From an uncultured virus (IMG/VR IMGVR_UViG_3300010233_002389) (taxonomy: Duplodnaviria; Heunggongvirae; Uroviricota; Caudoviricetes), in IMG/VR virus record IMGVR_UViG_3300010233_002389: a stretch of 64,000 nt of DNA. The stretch is one strand, 5' to 3'. The position numbers and the translations under genes were made by a program. Below the pieces are notes generated by a model. That model did no database searches. It saw nothing but the letters and a program-made list of their open reading frames with translations, and was not told where the DNA came from. Below, piece after piece: positions 21,436 through 32,833 of the stretch. How positions within the stretch are numbered: the stretch's first letter is position 1; every line of letters starts with the position of its first letter.

Positions 21436-22869
21436 ATGGATATTTTAAAGTGTGCATCTGAGTATGTAAGGTTAATTAATAAATTGGCTGACTCTATACC
21501 TTTAGACAAAGCATATGATATCTTGGGCGTAACGCCTGATGCAACAAAAAATGAAATAAAAGCAAGTTATAAAAAATTAGTTCAATTACATCATCCTGAC
21601 AAGAATCCTAACTCCAATAAGATAGTTGAGATCAACCGAGCATTCAAAGTTCTTATGGACCATGACCCTAAGGATACAGTTAACATTCAAAACGAAGATG
21701 AAATAATTGAACGCGACTATGAGGATGCTGTTAACAATGGCGCCTTATGGGAAATGGAAGGGGATGATGCATCTAACTACGTTGATGTAGTTGAAGAGCT
21801 TCCTGCTGTAGATAGAGAGCGTAGAGAAGAAAAATTACGTAAATATATAACCAGAAATGTAAAAAGAGAAAGATACACAAAAACAAAAACTATAAATGCA
21901 GAGAAAGCATTCAGAAATATAGATTGGACAATTTTACCTATAGCTGTAAATAAAGTCATGATGGAAGCTGAAAAACTAAAGACCGTACATGAGCACGGAT
22001 TTGTTTTTCCTATTGTAGTTAGTGGTTTAAGTTCTGGTACAAATTATTATATAATAAATAGACTCAGCAAAGCAATAACTAAAATATATTATCAAACTAA
22101 ATCATTAGAACATAATAACGGACTTAATTCCGATATTTTTAATTTGCATTGGCGAATCAGAGATGGCGAATATAAAGAAGAAATAAATCAAGCCATTAAA
22201 CAAATAAAAGACATATCGGCTGAATTTGCATTACCAATCAGTGCAGTACAAAATGTATTGGACGCATTATATAATTTAGCTAATGTATACTCTAAGTTTG
22301 CAAATGAATATGAATTATTCATTAATTTATGGCAAGGTATAAATGATGACTACATTGGTAAATTAACAGATCGCGTTCACGCCATAGCTTGTGAATATGA
22401 GGATAAAATACTAAAGCTCGCTCAGGATACGGCTGCGGCTCAAAAAACCCACTACCAGCAAATCGTTAACCTCAATAAGCAAGCCAATACCCTTTGGGAC
22501 ATTATCGCTAAAGCCGCTTATACAGACCAGATAAAAACATATGTAAAGAACATTGCTAATATGGCTGGTGACCTAGCAAGTAAATCTTATGCTCAAGGGA
22601 TTACCAAAGACCACTCCATCTCTTCCCATAGCGCAATTATAGGAGTTGTAACATCACTAAAGAATCTAATAAAAGAAAATACCTTCAAACCATTTGATGA
22701 CCTTGTTAAGGCATTGACTCCTTGGACTCCCGTAGCTTTGCCTGCACAAAATGGCTCAACTAAACCAGAGCAGACCAATCCAGAGAATGTTCCTAATACT
22801 ACCCCAGTGCCAGCCGCTACCCAAAGTAACGTTGCCCCGCAAATCAGTGGTGGAGTCGCAGGTATTTAA
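21436..22869 (+). CDS. J-domain (DnaJ-like) protein
   Basis: AYDILGV...EIKASYKKLVQLHHPDKNP...EINRAFKVL. Confidence 0.85.
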   Translation: MDILKCASEYVRLINKLADSIPLDKAYDILGVTPDATKNEIKASYKKLVQLHHPDKNPNSNKIVEINRAFKVLMDHDPKDTVNIQNEDEIIERDYEDAVNNGALWEMEGDDASNYVDVVEELPAVDRERREEKLRKYITRNVKRERYTKTKTINAEKAFRNIDWTILPIAVNKVMMEAEKLKTVHEHGFVFPIVVSGLSSGTNYYIINRLSKAITKIYYQTKSLEHNNGLNSDIFNLHWRIRDGEYKEEINQAIKQIKDISAEFALPISAVQNVLDALYNLANVYSKFANEYELFINLWQGINDDYIGKLTDRVHAIACEYEDKILKLAQDTAAAQKTHYQQIVNLNKQANTLWDIIAKAAYTDQIKTYVKNIANMAGDLASKSYAQGITKDHSISSHSAIIGVVTSLKNLIKENTFKPFDDLVKALTPWTPVALPAQNGSTKPEQTNPENVPNTTPVPAATQSNVAPQISGGVAGI

Positions 22870-23234
22870 TCGTAGACGCCCAGCTGTCGCCAATATAAAT
22901 TAAGCAAAGGAAACGTGCCAGTTGGGACTCCTATTTTATTCTTCAATATAGATGCCATCCCATGCTTCATAAAGATAACAACATCGGCAAGCTCTCGGTT
23001 ATTAAAGTCAGCCATAGAACGCATTACCAATATTCTCTTCTTGTCTCTGTGGATATCTACAATAAAATCTGGATGTAAAGCCACATACCCATCAAAATTT
23101 TGATAGCCATCGTATCCATCATTATTGGCATCAAATACTTGATTAATATGAAGCTGCTTAATCATATACCTTAAGGTACTAGCAGTCAGATCATTATTCA
23201 CATAAATAATCGCGGCAGGAAATACAGATGACAA
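22866..23234 (-). CDS. hypothetical protein
   Basis: GGAGG RBS upstream; DGYDGY motif. Confidence 0.6.
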   Translation of the reverse strand: MSSVFPAAIIYVNNDLTASTLRYMIKQLHINQVFDANNDGYDGYQNFDGYVALHPDFIVDIHRDKKRILVMRSMADFNNRELADVVIFMKHGMASILKNKIGVPTGTFPLLNLYWRQLGVYD

Positions 23235-23291
23235 ATTAAGCCTCCATATTATATATTAGAAATTAGACAGATAAAGAGTGAAGATTAACTA

Positions 23292-23777
23292 TTAGCGGAA
23301 ATAATCATAAGCATCATTTACATCAGCTTCGTCTTCTTTTTCTTCTTCTTTCTTCTCGTCCTTGGCATCTGCCTTATCTTCGTGGCGCTTATAAGGGGTT
23401 AGGGAACAGTTGCCTTCATGGTCAAACTTGGCATTGTATTCTTTTTTGTCTTTGACATAAGATACGTCATTGCCACGGAATCGAACCTCATCGGCTCCGC
23501 TTAGGTCCATGCCTCTTAATAGGTCGTGGTTACGAAGGACTGTCTTACGAGCGGCAAGCATCTTGTCCTTGGCGTCCATGCAATCGCGCTCTAGGGTAGA
23601 CTTTTGTGCATCAGCGGCATCATGACGATCTTTGTGATGTTGATACTCTTTCTTCGCCTTATCAAGCTGCTTCGCAATATCCTTGCGTGATAATCCAGCA
23701 GCAGTCTTTTTTAAGGACGCAGTCTCGGTTAAAGATTCGTACTTCTCTGCCAATGTCAAAATATCATGCTTTGTCAT
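23292..23777 (-). CDS. hypothetical charged coiled-coil protein
   Basis: GGGAG RBS; N-terminal DILTLAEKYE...LKKTA. Confidence 0.65.
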   Translation of the reverse strand: MTKHDILTLAEKYESLTETASLKKTAAGLSRKDIAKQLDKAKKEYQHHKDRHDAADAQKSTLERDCMDAKDKMLAARKTVLRNHDLLRGMDLSGADEVRFRGNDVSYVKDKKEYNAKFDHEGNCSLTPYKRHEDKADAKDEKKEEEKEDEADVNDAYDYFR

Positions 23778-23885
23778 ACAGATATGCTCCCTAATGCCTA
23801 TTATTAATGTCTATTTAATATAGACTTTTAATAATAGATATCGTTATCAAAATATTATGCAGAAAAATAATAAAATAGGCAGGGC

Positions 23886-23914
23886 TTGACAATGGCGGTT
23901 ACACGCCTTATGAT
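23886..23914 (+). promoter_or_regulatory. sigma70-type promoter
   Basis: TTGACA-17 nt-TATGAT upstream of 23928. Confidence 0.8.
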
Positions 23915-23927
23915 ACCCTAGAAACTT

Positions 23928-24569
23928 ATGAATAAAGTAAGCAAATTACAGAAACTATATGCTTCTTTCAATGGAAAAGAAGTTGAAATGTTCAGTTGGT
24001 TAGATGGACTAACTTATTCCCAAAGCTTTATGGTTTGCATGGGAGCTGGTCCTTGGAAGATAGGAAGGCGCCAAAAGATTCAGGAAGGTGCTTTGAGATG
24101 GTTGGGAAAAAGAGATTTGTATGACACAGACCTTTTGACCAAAAGATTTGATTATAGCAATACTGTTGATTGCTTTCCTTTAGAATGGCAAAAGAAAACA
24201 ACACAATATTTAGTCGGAACATTACATCAACAAAATATTTCAATGGAAAAACTCTGTGAGTTACTTACAGACAAATATTTATGTGATGATGATTATGCAA
24301 GAAAGGAATTTTATAAATCCTGTGGATCTAATGGGACCAAAGTACTCAGTCTGTTCTGTCGAGACGCTCTGAAAATTGATTCTTTCCCGATAGATCGACA
24401 TGTGCGGAGAATTTTAAAAGAGAATGACTTGCCAACCAACGAAGATGATATTATAAATCTTTGTCGAGTGGCTCGGCTCGATCCACGTAAAGTAGCCACA
24501 GCATTCGTTAGGACGGCATCGGTGGATAACCCACATTGGAATTTGATCGTCCCAACCCTTTCGCTGTAA
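23928..24569 (+). CDS. HhH-GPD-like DNA glycosylase
   Basis: GTKVLSLF...FPIDRHVRRIL resembles the endonuclease III/Ogg1 signature. Confidence 0.6.
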   Translation: MNKVSKLQKLYASFNGKEVEMFSWLDGLTYSQSFMVCMGAGPWKIGRRQKIQEGALRWLGKRDLYDTDLLTKRFDYSNTVDCFPLEWQKKTTQYLVGTLHQQNISMEKLCELLTDKYLCDDDYARKEFYKSCGSNGTKVLSLFCRDALKIDSFPIDRHVRRILKENDLPTNEDDIINLCRVARLDPRKVATAFVRTASVDNPHWNLIVPTLSL

Positions 24570-25745
24570 AAGGATTTATAATGATCGATCTTTTGGCAAT
24601 CAAGAATATGGTTGAAGGCAATCAGCGTTCTATTTCAGAAACATTAATGAAAGAAATCAATGATTTTAAAGTACGTGAAAATACAAATGATAGCGAACGT
24701 ATTCTTCATGAAGTAGTTGAGCCAATTCTTATTAGCGCTTTAAGTGCAGTCCTTCACATTTTCTCAAGTATACAATACTCGCCAAAAGATATTGGAGAAA
24801 TTGCCAAAGACCTATATGAAGCACATATCGGGCTCAATCTTGAGATGGAAAAAAAATCAGGCAATAAAAAGACACAAACAGAAAAAACACTAATTGCCTT
24901 GCCAGATACAAGAGATGATGCTAAGATTATTTCTTTCCCGAAGAAAAAAGAAAATAAAAATTTAAACTAAATTCTACTACTTGTGATATATAGATTATAC
25001 AATGACCGCAACTCTAACTGTACTTTTAAACGTAATGACCCAGCCTGCACAAGGCAACGTACAGTTTTATTTTAATAATCAATATAATATATAAAATTAA
25101 ATCCGGGTCAACCATAAACGCATTACCTAGTTGGCTCGGATGAGAGCTGGCGATTAAGGTTGTGCGTTTTTTATTTTGGTGATAAATGGAACATTATGAA
25201 GCTTGGGGTAAACCCAATACAAACCGTTCAGGAGCGTATCAGACTATAGCTAGATCTGAAGGAATTAAAGATATGCTTATGAAAGGCTTAATGTACGATC
25301 ATAACAATGAAAAATTACAACAAATACATTTATATACTGTAATTGCAAAAAATTGGAATGATGCAATGACTTTTATTTATAAAGAATGTTGGAATGAAAT
25401 ATATGTACCAATGGAAAATACGGAGGATGTAAAGTAAATATGCCTAAAAATAAAAGAAAGCTCGTAGTGTCACAAGAACTAATAAAAGAAGATGGTACTC
25501 TTAAAGGTAATTTTTCTGTTAGTGATGCAGAGGTAGAAGTAGCCGTTCAAGCATTGCTAGATACCAAAGAAATTCAAAAACATTTTAAAGTAATAATTTC
25601 ATTGGCAAAAGATTTACAAAAATCAAAACACGTAGAAAATTCAGAGATGTTATTTTTAGGATTCTTAAGCACACTAAAAGGTTTGAAAGAAGTAGTTACA
25701 AAATACGAAAATGAGTGTAAAAAACAATTAGGTATTTAAATTAAT

Positions 25746-25825
25746 GGTGTTGACGATAAATTGGCTAAATCAAGAGTCTGTAAAACTCCCGCTCCGGCTT
25801 GTAGGTTCGATTCCTATCAGCACCA
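25746..25825 (+). tRNA. tRNA-Tyr(GTA)
   Basis: GGTGTTG/CAGCACC; loop CTGTAAA; long variable arm; TTCGATT. Confidence 0.85.
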
Positions 25826-25845
25826 CGAAATTAGAAGATTAATAT

Positions 25846-25917
25846 TCCGGGTTGGTGTAATCGGGAACACGGCTGCCTCTGAAGCAGTAATAATTGGATC
25901 ATAACCAGTACTCGGAA
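25846..25917 (+). tRNA. tRNA-Gln(CTG)
   Basis: TCCGGGT/ACTCGGA; CTGC-CTCTGAA-GCAG; atypical T-loop ATCATAA. Confidence 0.8.
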
Positions 25918-25928
25918 CTAAGGAATAA

Positions 25929-26156
25929 ATGGTAGAGCTTAAGTACATTTGTGATAACCAACGACATTTAATATGTATTCCATATAGTGTCGAGAACTTA
26001 CACCAAATGGCTTCTGAATTAAATATTAAGCGCTGCTGGTTTCATTCCTCTTCGGAATTTAAACATTATGATATTCCAAAGAAAAGAATAGAAGAGATTG
26101 CAAGTAAGTGTACAGTAGTTAGTTCAAAGGATTTACTCAAAATAATTAAAGGATAA
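25929..26156 (+). CDS. DUF4031-like small protein
   Basis: HLIC...LHQMASELNIKRCWFH...HYDIP. Confidence 0.6.
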   Translation: MVELKYICDNQRHLICIPYSVENLHQMASELNIKRCWFHSSSEFKHYDIPKKRIEEIASKCTVVSSKDLLKIIKG

Positions 26157-26232
26157 AAATGAAACAAACAATTTATATAAGAAGGGAGTGTAGCCATGAT
26201 AAATAGTTGAATTTAATAGAAAGGACTATTTC

Positions 26233-27102
26233 ATGTCTACAAAAAAATTATCAAGAACCGTATTGGAAGGTGGTCGTCATAATACCTGGAGACGTCGTCA
26301 AAGTACCCAGGAAGAACGATGCGAAACAAGAGACTGGCTTCGCAAAGTTATAATCGACCCCGACTATGCAGATGAGGTAATTGAACCAATTCGAACGCCA
26401 GTGAGACCTGATTTCAGCGATGTACTAAGTCCAGTAAATCGCTTTATTGAAAGTTTCGTTGGTAAAAACTGGAATGATGCAAGGAGTGTGATTAAACAAA
26501 AATTTGATATGAAAACTCTCGCGGGTTGGCATATCGTTGATACCCATATCTTTGGGACCATTTATGGCGCAAATAAAAAGCAAGGCTCTCCAGCCAATTT
26601 GGAAACTGGAGAATATTTGTATGGCAAATTCTTTATCGATAATGATGGAATATTAAGAAAAAGAATTTACAAAAACTATAGAAAGAGCTGGTACAAAACC
26701 AAAGAGGAATGGGAAATAATTCGTAAGAGCATGGAAGAAACTGCTGATTGGCTTCACGGACGCAAGATTGGTTTTGACGATGGCGTACTTTATTGGTACA
26801 CTTGCCATAATCAAAAACATTATATAACTTCAGTTGAAACACTAACATACGCTTACAAATTATATTGGCACCAAAAAACCGCAACTCACTCTCCAGACCG
26901 ATACAAACTTCCTTCTGGAGCTTGGATGACTGAATATATACTTTGGGAAGAGCCTTCTGGATATAATTGGAACCAAGACGTTAAGCTTGATAAAGAAGAA
27001 GTGAATTACTTCAGAAGCTTATCAAAAGATGTTCGCAGACAAATTTTGGAAAACGCCCCAAACTATAAACAAAAGAAATATAGAAGAGGAAGATATTATT
27101 AA
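26233..27102 (+). CDS. hypothetical basic protein
   Basis: AAGGA RBS; 289-aa ORF. Confidence 0.65.
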   Translation: MSTKKLSRTVLEGGRHNTWRRRQSTQEERCETRDWLRKVIIDPDYADEVIEPIRTPVRPDFSDVLSPVNRFIESFVGKNWNDARSVIKQKFDMKTLAGWHIVDTHIFGTIYGANKKQGSPANLETGEYLYGKFFIDNDGILRKRIYKNYRKSWYKTKEEWEIIRKSMEETADWLHGRKIGFDDGVLYWYTCHNQKHYITSVETLTYAYKLYWHQKTATHSPDRYKLPSGAWMTEYILWEEPSGYNWNQDVKLDKEEVNYFRSLSKDVRRQILENAPNYKQKKYRRGRYY

Positions 27103-27378
27103 ATGAGAACTAAGCCTGCTATGCATGAAGATTTTGAAATTAATCAACGTGTAATATTTGATATTGATGGCTCCAAAGAACTAAAAGGAACAGGAACAAT
27201 AATTGGATTAGCGACAGAACATATATTTAATACATATATTATATTACTTGATTTGCCAATGTTAGTTCCAGAACACAAAGCACCATGGCGAGCAATTGTT
27301 GTTTCGGGATGTTCCATGAAATTAATTCCTGAAATTACAGTAAATAAAATAAATATGGAAGATGTATTGAAATAATAT

Positions 27379-27451
27379 TCGGGATTCGTATATTGGCTTA
27401 TTACCGAAGGCTTTGACCCTTCAGAAGGCAGTTCGATTCTGTCATCCCGAA
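27379..27451 (+). tRNA. tRNA-Gln(TTG)
   Basis: TCGGGAT/ATCCCGA; GAAGG-CTTTGAC-CCTTC; TTCGATT. Confidence 0.85.
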
Positions 27452-27950
27452 CTCACGAAGTTAATTTTAAATAAAGGAAGATTAAAATGAAACCAATGAA
27501 TAAAGACTCAGAGAAGATTTACGATGAACAAATTAGTCCATTAATGACAAAGATAATTGCCGTATGTAAAGAGAATAATATTCCAATGTTTTCATCTTTC
27601 CAATTAACATCAGCAGAAAATGATGAACAAGGTGCTTTATTTTGTACAACCTGTTTGCCATTTGAAGGCATGGACGAGAAGATAAATGAATTTAGTAAAG
27701 TTTCAAAAAAGCACGATGATAACTTCCTGGCTTATGCAATAGCTATTTTGACGCCCGGAAAAGAATAATGAAGAAGGACCCATTTGAAGAAAAAGAAAAT
27801 TGTGTTGTTAGTTTTAGTTATGAATCAAAAACATTTAGAAGCTAACCTATGACACAAGAAGAAGCTCATGAGGTAAAGAATAAAATAGTAAGAAATTTTG
27901 ATGATATTTGTCAACTTGGTGTAATTTGGATAGTTGATTAGATAAAATAT

Positions 27951-28038
27951 TCCAGTCAAGGCAACTCGGTTCGCCGCTAAACTGTTAATTTAGGTATCCC
28001 GCAAGGGTCGTTACTTGGTTCGAATCCAAGGGCTGGAG
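27951..28038 (+). tRNA. tRNA-Asn(GTT) with long variable arm
   Basis: TCCAGTC/GGCTGGA+G73; CTAAA-CTGTTAA-TTTAG; CCC-GCAA-GGG variable hairpin. Confidence 0.8.
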
Positions 28039-28070
28039 CAATTATAAAATGACCGGATATATAATCCGGG

Positions 28071-28973
28071 ATGAAGCCAGATTATGAAGTTGAATGTGTA
28101 CATTGTAACAAAGTATTTGTAGTTAAACGAAAATTATATGTAAGTAAATTACGCAAAAATAAAGAACTTAAATTTTATTGTTCTAAAAAATGTATAACCA
28201 ATGCGTCTAAACGCGGCAAAAATATCAATTGCGCAATATGCAATACTGTAGTTTNNNNNNNNNNAAGAGAAATAGCCAAAGATAATTTTTGTTCTCAAAG
28301 CTGTTCTGCAACATTTCACAATAAACAAAGAAATTTAAATGGCATAACTACAAAAGGAAAAACTAAAAAACTCATATGTAGCAAATGCGAATGTGATTAT
28401 ATAGGTTCTATACATGTAACCAAACATAATAATTTTTGCAAAGATTGTTCTCGTGTTCTCACAAAAGAACGGCGTGATAAGAATAAATGTAAGAAAATAA
28501 CTAAAAATTCAAAATGTATAATTTGCAATATTAACATAAATCATACTGGAAAATATTGCCTCACTTGTCGTACTCAAATTTCTTCGATAAATAGGATTAA
28601 TGCAATAAAGGCTGGTAAAACTAATTTTAAATCAATTAAATGTGAATTTGAATTCAATAATAAATTTATAAAATGCGATTCAAAATTAGAATATTCTTGT
28701 CTTAACTATTTTGTGAATAATTTTGTTGTACTTGATATTGAACGAGCGGAAAAAACGATTCCATATCAATTTAATGGAAAAAATAAAAATTATTTGCCCG
28801 ATTTTAAAATAACAACAAATAATGATACATATATAGTAGAATGTAAAAGTGATGTTGGGTCTAAAACGCTTAATATAAAATGGCATTTTTATAATGAAAC
28901 TTCTAAAATAAAAAAGCAAGTACTAGAAATATGGTGTAAGGCAAATGGATTCAAACATTTTTGGTTTACTTAA
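28071..28973 (+). CDS. Zn-finger + TnsA-like PD-(D/E)xK endonuclease
   Basis: multiple CxxC/CS..C motifs; DSKLE, YLPDF, IVECK; contains a 10-N gap. Confidence 0.7.
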   Translation: MKPDYEVECVHCNKVFVVKRKLYVSKLRKNKELKFYCSKKCITNASKRGKNINCAICNTVVXXXXREIAKDNFCSQSCSATFHNKQRNLNGITTKGKTKKLICSKCECDYIGSIHVTKHNNFCKDCSRVLTKERRDKNKCKKITKNSKCIICNININHTGKYCLTCRTQISSINRINAIKAGKTNFKSIKCEFEFNNKFIKCDSKLEYSCLNYFVNNFVVLDIERAEKTIPYQFNGKNKNYLPDFKITTNNDTYIVECKSDVGSKTLNIKWHFYNETSKIKKQVLEIWCKANGFKHFWFT

Positions 28974-29011
28974 AATATCAACATAAAATACAATAATAAA
29001 ACAAAAATTAT

Positions 29012-29132
29012 GTCTCGGTAGCTCAGCGGTAGAGCAGTCGGCTGTGGGAAGGTGCTGATAATGCAGCTTGGTTCAAAGCCAAACATTCCAAGAATAACCG
29101 ACTCGTCGAAGGTTCAATCCCTTCCCGGGACT
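29012..29132 (+). tRNA. tRNA with 49-nt anticodon-loop insert (Asn GTT or His GTG after removal)
   Basis: GTCTCGG/CCGGGAC; GCTC/GAGC D-stem; GTCGG/CCGAC anticodon stem enclosing 56 nt; GAAGG-TTCAATC-CCTTC. Confidence 0.75.
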
Positions 29133-29145
29133 CTAATAAAAATTT

Positions 29146-29218
29146 GCCACTGTCGTATTCATGGTTGAGACCGCTGTCTGAAGAGCAGACGAAAGCTGAT
29201 CGTAACAGCTCGGTGGCA
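29146..29218 (+). tRNA. tRNA-Phe(GAA)
   Basis: GCCACTG/CGGTGGC; loop CTGAAGA; atypical T-loop ATCGTAA. Confidence 0.75.
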
Positions 29219-29226
29219 CAAAAAAA

Positions 29227-30578
29227 ATGGTTGAATCATTATCACTATATCTTCCAGCCGAAAATATATTTGTAAAAATTTTACCTCATCAATATAATAA
29301 TGTACTAACACATATTTGGGCTAAAGAAGAAGAAAAAACATGGAATCGCTTTACTGATTTCAGATGTCAAGTTTGTGATTTAATATTAATGCAACAATCA
29401 ATGAGTTCAAGAGAGTATGCATTATCATATAATCTAAACTGTAATGAATATCTTATGAAAGAAATTTTAGAATGAAACAACATATTACTAAAATAGTATT
29501 CATTGCAACCTTGGCGGCGTTATTCTATTATCTATACTTGCATGATTGGTTATCGAAGCAAGAGTTCTATAAAGACTTGGCTCATATGGCGCTACATCTA
29601 ATTTCATAATAAATCATAAAATGATACACATAAAATGTTTACATAGAAACATAATAGTAACAAGTATTCAATTGCCCATAATAAAAACTCATACATGGAA
29701 TTTTAATAAACCAATAGAATCATGTCACCCTGATAAAATATATAAAGACTATCAATGCGTTGTTTGTAAAATTATGTTATTAGAGTCGAATTTTTCTGAA
29801 ACTGCCAAAAATCATAAACGAACTAATTACACACATTATTTAGAGTATGGACAAATATTAACATGTAATGAATATATGATGAGAGAAGTCCTTACTTGAT
29901 GATCGTATGTAATGCCCATAAAGAAAAAGCCGATACTCATACTTGGATTAAAGATACCACATATTGGGACGAGACAAGAAAAATAATGTGGAATGATTAT
30001 ACATGTGAAAAATGTGGTTATGTAAAATTATATGAACAAGCATCTGATGTAGAAACATTAGATTATACACATACTCTTTANNNNNNNNNNNNNNNNNNNN
30101 NNNNNNNNNNNNNNNNNNNNNNNNNNNNNNNNNNNNNNNNNNNNNNNNNNGATACAGTTAAGCTTCTACTACAATACGATCGAGAAGCCGCAGAAACACA
30201 TACATGGATAGAAGTTATAAACGAAGAGCCTGATGGTAAGATATATCATGATTTTAAATGCATAGCATGTGGCGATGAAATGTTTCAAACTTATGGTAAT
30301 ACATATAGATTTCTAGAGGTCTTTAGAAATTTAAGCTGTAATCAAAGGTTAATGAAAGCAATTTTAAAGTGAATATAATTTCTTTTCAAAAAGAAGCGGC
30401 TGCTACTCATACTTGGAAAAAATTTCGTGATAGCAGTGGTTTGTATTGGAATGATTATTATTGCACTATATGTTGTTTACCATTAACCGAATATCTTGAC
30501 GATGAAAATTGTAAGATGTTGGCAATGCCAATCAATATAACTTGTAACGAAAAAATAATGAAAGACATAATAAGATGA
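29227..30578 (+). CDS. array of HxW/CxxC tagged proteins (29227-29475, 29621-29899, 29896-30372 across an N gap and probably two genes, 30369-30578)
   Basis: TH[IT]W...D[FY].C..C...CN[EQ]..M.. [IV][LI] in each. Confidence 0.75.
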
Positions 30579-31844
30579 CAAAAGAAACAAAAGCCAAAGA
30601 GGTAATATTACCTGGACCTATGAGAACTGCCGAGGAAGTATTGGCTAGTCCTCCAAAACTAAAGCTAGAAAAAACTATGACGTTCGCAGAAGAGTGGGCG
30701 AAGAAGCAGCAGGAAAGACTTGACAAAGTTTCGGAATTGTTCAATTGTCAGGTCGGCAAAGTCTTCATCCTCACAGAAGACCAAATAAAATTAGCAAATG
30801 AATTGATAACCAAACATGAGGAAGAAAAGCATAAGGGCAAGCCGCCTTATGCAGGAGCGGCTGGTGGGGCATATGCTTGGGAGTTCGTAAATACTGGACT
30901 TGGACAATGCCAGGGTATAAAGTGTATGTGTGGCGAATACATGAGCCTTACTAATTTTGAAGATTGGTAGAATATGAATAAATTTGAAATAGAAAAAGAA
31001 GGTATAGCAATTACTGGACCAGAAGAAGATTATTTCCAAATAACTAATGGAAATAACGAAGAATTTAATATTGCAATTTCAGATTTGCTTGAACCTGTAA
31101 ACGTACCAATTATTAATTGGGACACAATAAGTGCATTTGAATTAATAGGTACCGAAAGTCATACTGATGAATTTTGGAATAGTAAAGTAAATGAATATCG
31201 AGAAGAAACCGGCAGAGAGTTTCCACCAATTTATAAAGTAAAATTTATTGTAGAAGCCGAGCCTCTTTCAGAAGAAGAAACTAAAAAATTCTGGGAAAAG
31301 AAGATAGCTGAAAATACAATGCAGGACGTTCTAAAATAGGAAAAGGATAATGTACAATAAAGGCGCTGTCGCACAAATTACTTGTTTGATCATGAATAAT
31401 GCTTATAATTATGAAAATGCCGATGAGAAGTTCAAGAAGGATATTCTTATGGCATTCGGACTAAGGAAAGATGAGCTGGTCAATGCACTACTAGATCAGT
31501 CTTTTGAAAAGGTGATCCCAGAATGGGCTGAAAACAATAGCAAGATCAATATAGTAGAAAAGTTTGATACACTACTTGAAGCGGCAAAGAAATTCAAATG
31601 ATTCTGAATGAGCATGGAAACCCAATAGACGGCAGTACTTGTGAACACAAAAATATAAAGGTTGAGTTCGATAAGATTGCGGCTGCTGGTTTAGATGCTT
31701 ATGAAGTAAGAAGGCGCTGGCCACGATTTTGTGGAAGATGCCCAGATTGTGGCTATTCAATAATACAATACGCATCTGCCGAACATTATACATATGGTGA
31801 TTGGTAATGATTAAAATTGAAACGAGGAACAGAGGTATTTATAA

Positions 31845-32294
31845 ATGAACCACCCAGCGATAATGGAGCATGAATCACTAAAAGAAGATTTCATTGCTAT
31901 AGAAGATTTCGATAAAATTGGTTTGCGCGCAGGCACAGTAGTTACTGCCGAAGCTGTACATAAGAGCGATAAGCTATTAAATTTACAAGTTGATTTCGGA
32001 GAAACTCAATTAGCATTCTTGATAGATGATTCTGGAACGCTTGATGAGAATGGGCTCCCAATACGTCCATTAGTCCCAGTACAGAGATTGCGTACAGTTC
32101 TTGCGGGTATTGCTAAGTCATTTAAGCCAGAAGATGTGATTGGTAAGCAGTTTGTATTTATTACCAATTTGCCGCCACGAAAGATGATGGGGATAATGTC
32201 TGAAGGGATGATCCTCGCTGCTGCGGGAAATGATGGAACATTGGTATTAGTTAGTCCAACAGGTCCCGTAACTCCAGGAGTAAAATTAGGATGA
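31845..32294 (+). CDS. OB-fold tRNA-binding protein (Trbp111/MetRS C-terminal/CsaA family)
   Basis: EDFDKIGLRAG, SDKLL, RTVLAGIA, NLPPRKMMGIMSEGMIL. Confidence 0.85.
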   Translation: MNHPAIMEHESLKEDFIAIEDFDKIGLRAGTVVTAEAVHKSDKLLNLQVDFGETQLAFLIDDSGTLDENGLPIRPLVPVQRLRTVLAGIAKSFKPEDVIGKQFVFITNLPPRKMMGIMSEGMILAAAGNDGTLVLVSPTGPVTPGVKLG

Positions 32295-32833
32295 ATCAAA
32301 CATTTACTTATTCTCGCAAGATTGAAATAGCAATTAGAAATATGGATTTTAATGATATTGCTAAAATTGCAGATGCATTCATTCCTCCTGATGGAATAAA
32401 TCAATTCGAAACATTTGAAGACGGATTCAAACTAGCACTCAAAGCAAATGGGCAAACAATAAACAAAGCAATGTTCGAGTTTGACTCCGAGTTCTATTTC
32501 ATTGGCAACGAAGATGATGTTTTAAATAAGATTGCGCATGCCGAACCCTGAAATATTTGACGCTTATTTTTGGATAGAACGAAGCGACATTCTTTATAAT
32601 GTTTCTGGTGTCGTAGTAACATTTAAAGGCACACAATATATAGCATGGTGCGATGAAATTTTAATTCAAGATCCAATTCTAAAAAGTTATTATGAACCAT
32701 ATGGACTGGGTAATTCACCAGAAGCAGCTATAAAGAATCTTAGGGAGCTATGCAATTCGGCTAAGTGGACAAAGTGGGCTGTATAATGTCAAAATTAAAA
32801 GATAATTATAATACATGGGGCGCCCAATACTAG

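Noticed and set aside
26159..26206. Short ORF MKQTIYIRRECSHDK ending in TAG as another amber-gated start
   Set aside because: Readthrough is out of frame with the 26233 gene and no arrest motif was seen
29896..30372. Single 158-aa two-domain protein
   Set aside because: Spans a 70-N gap; probably two family members
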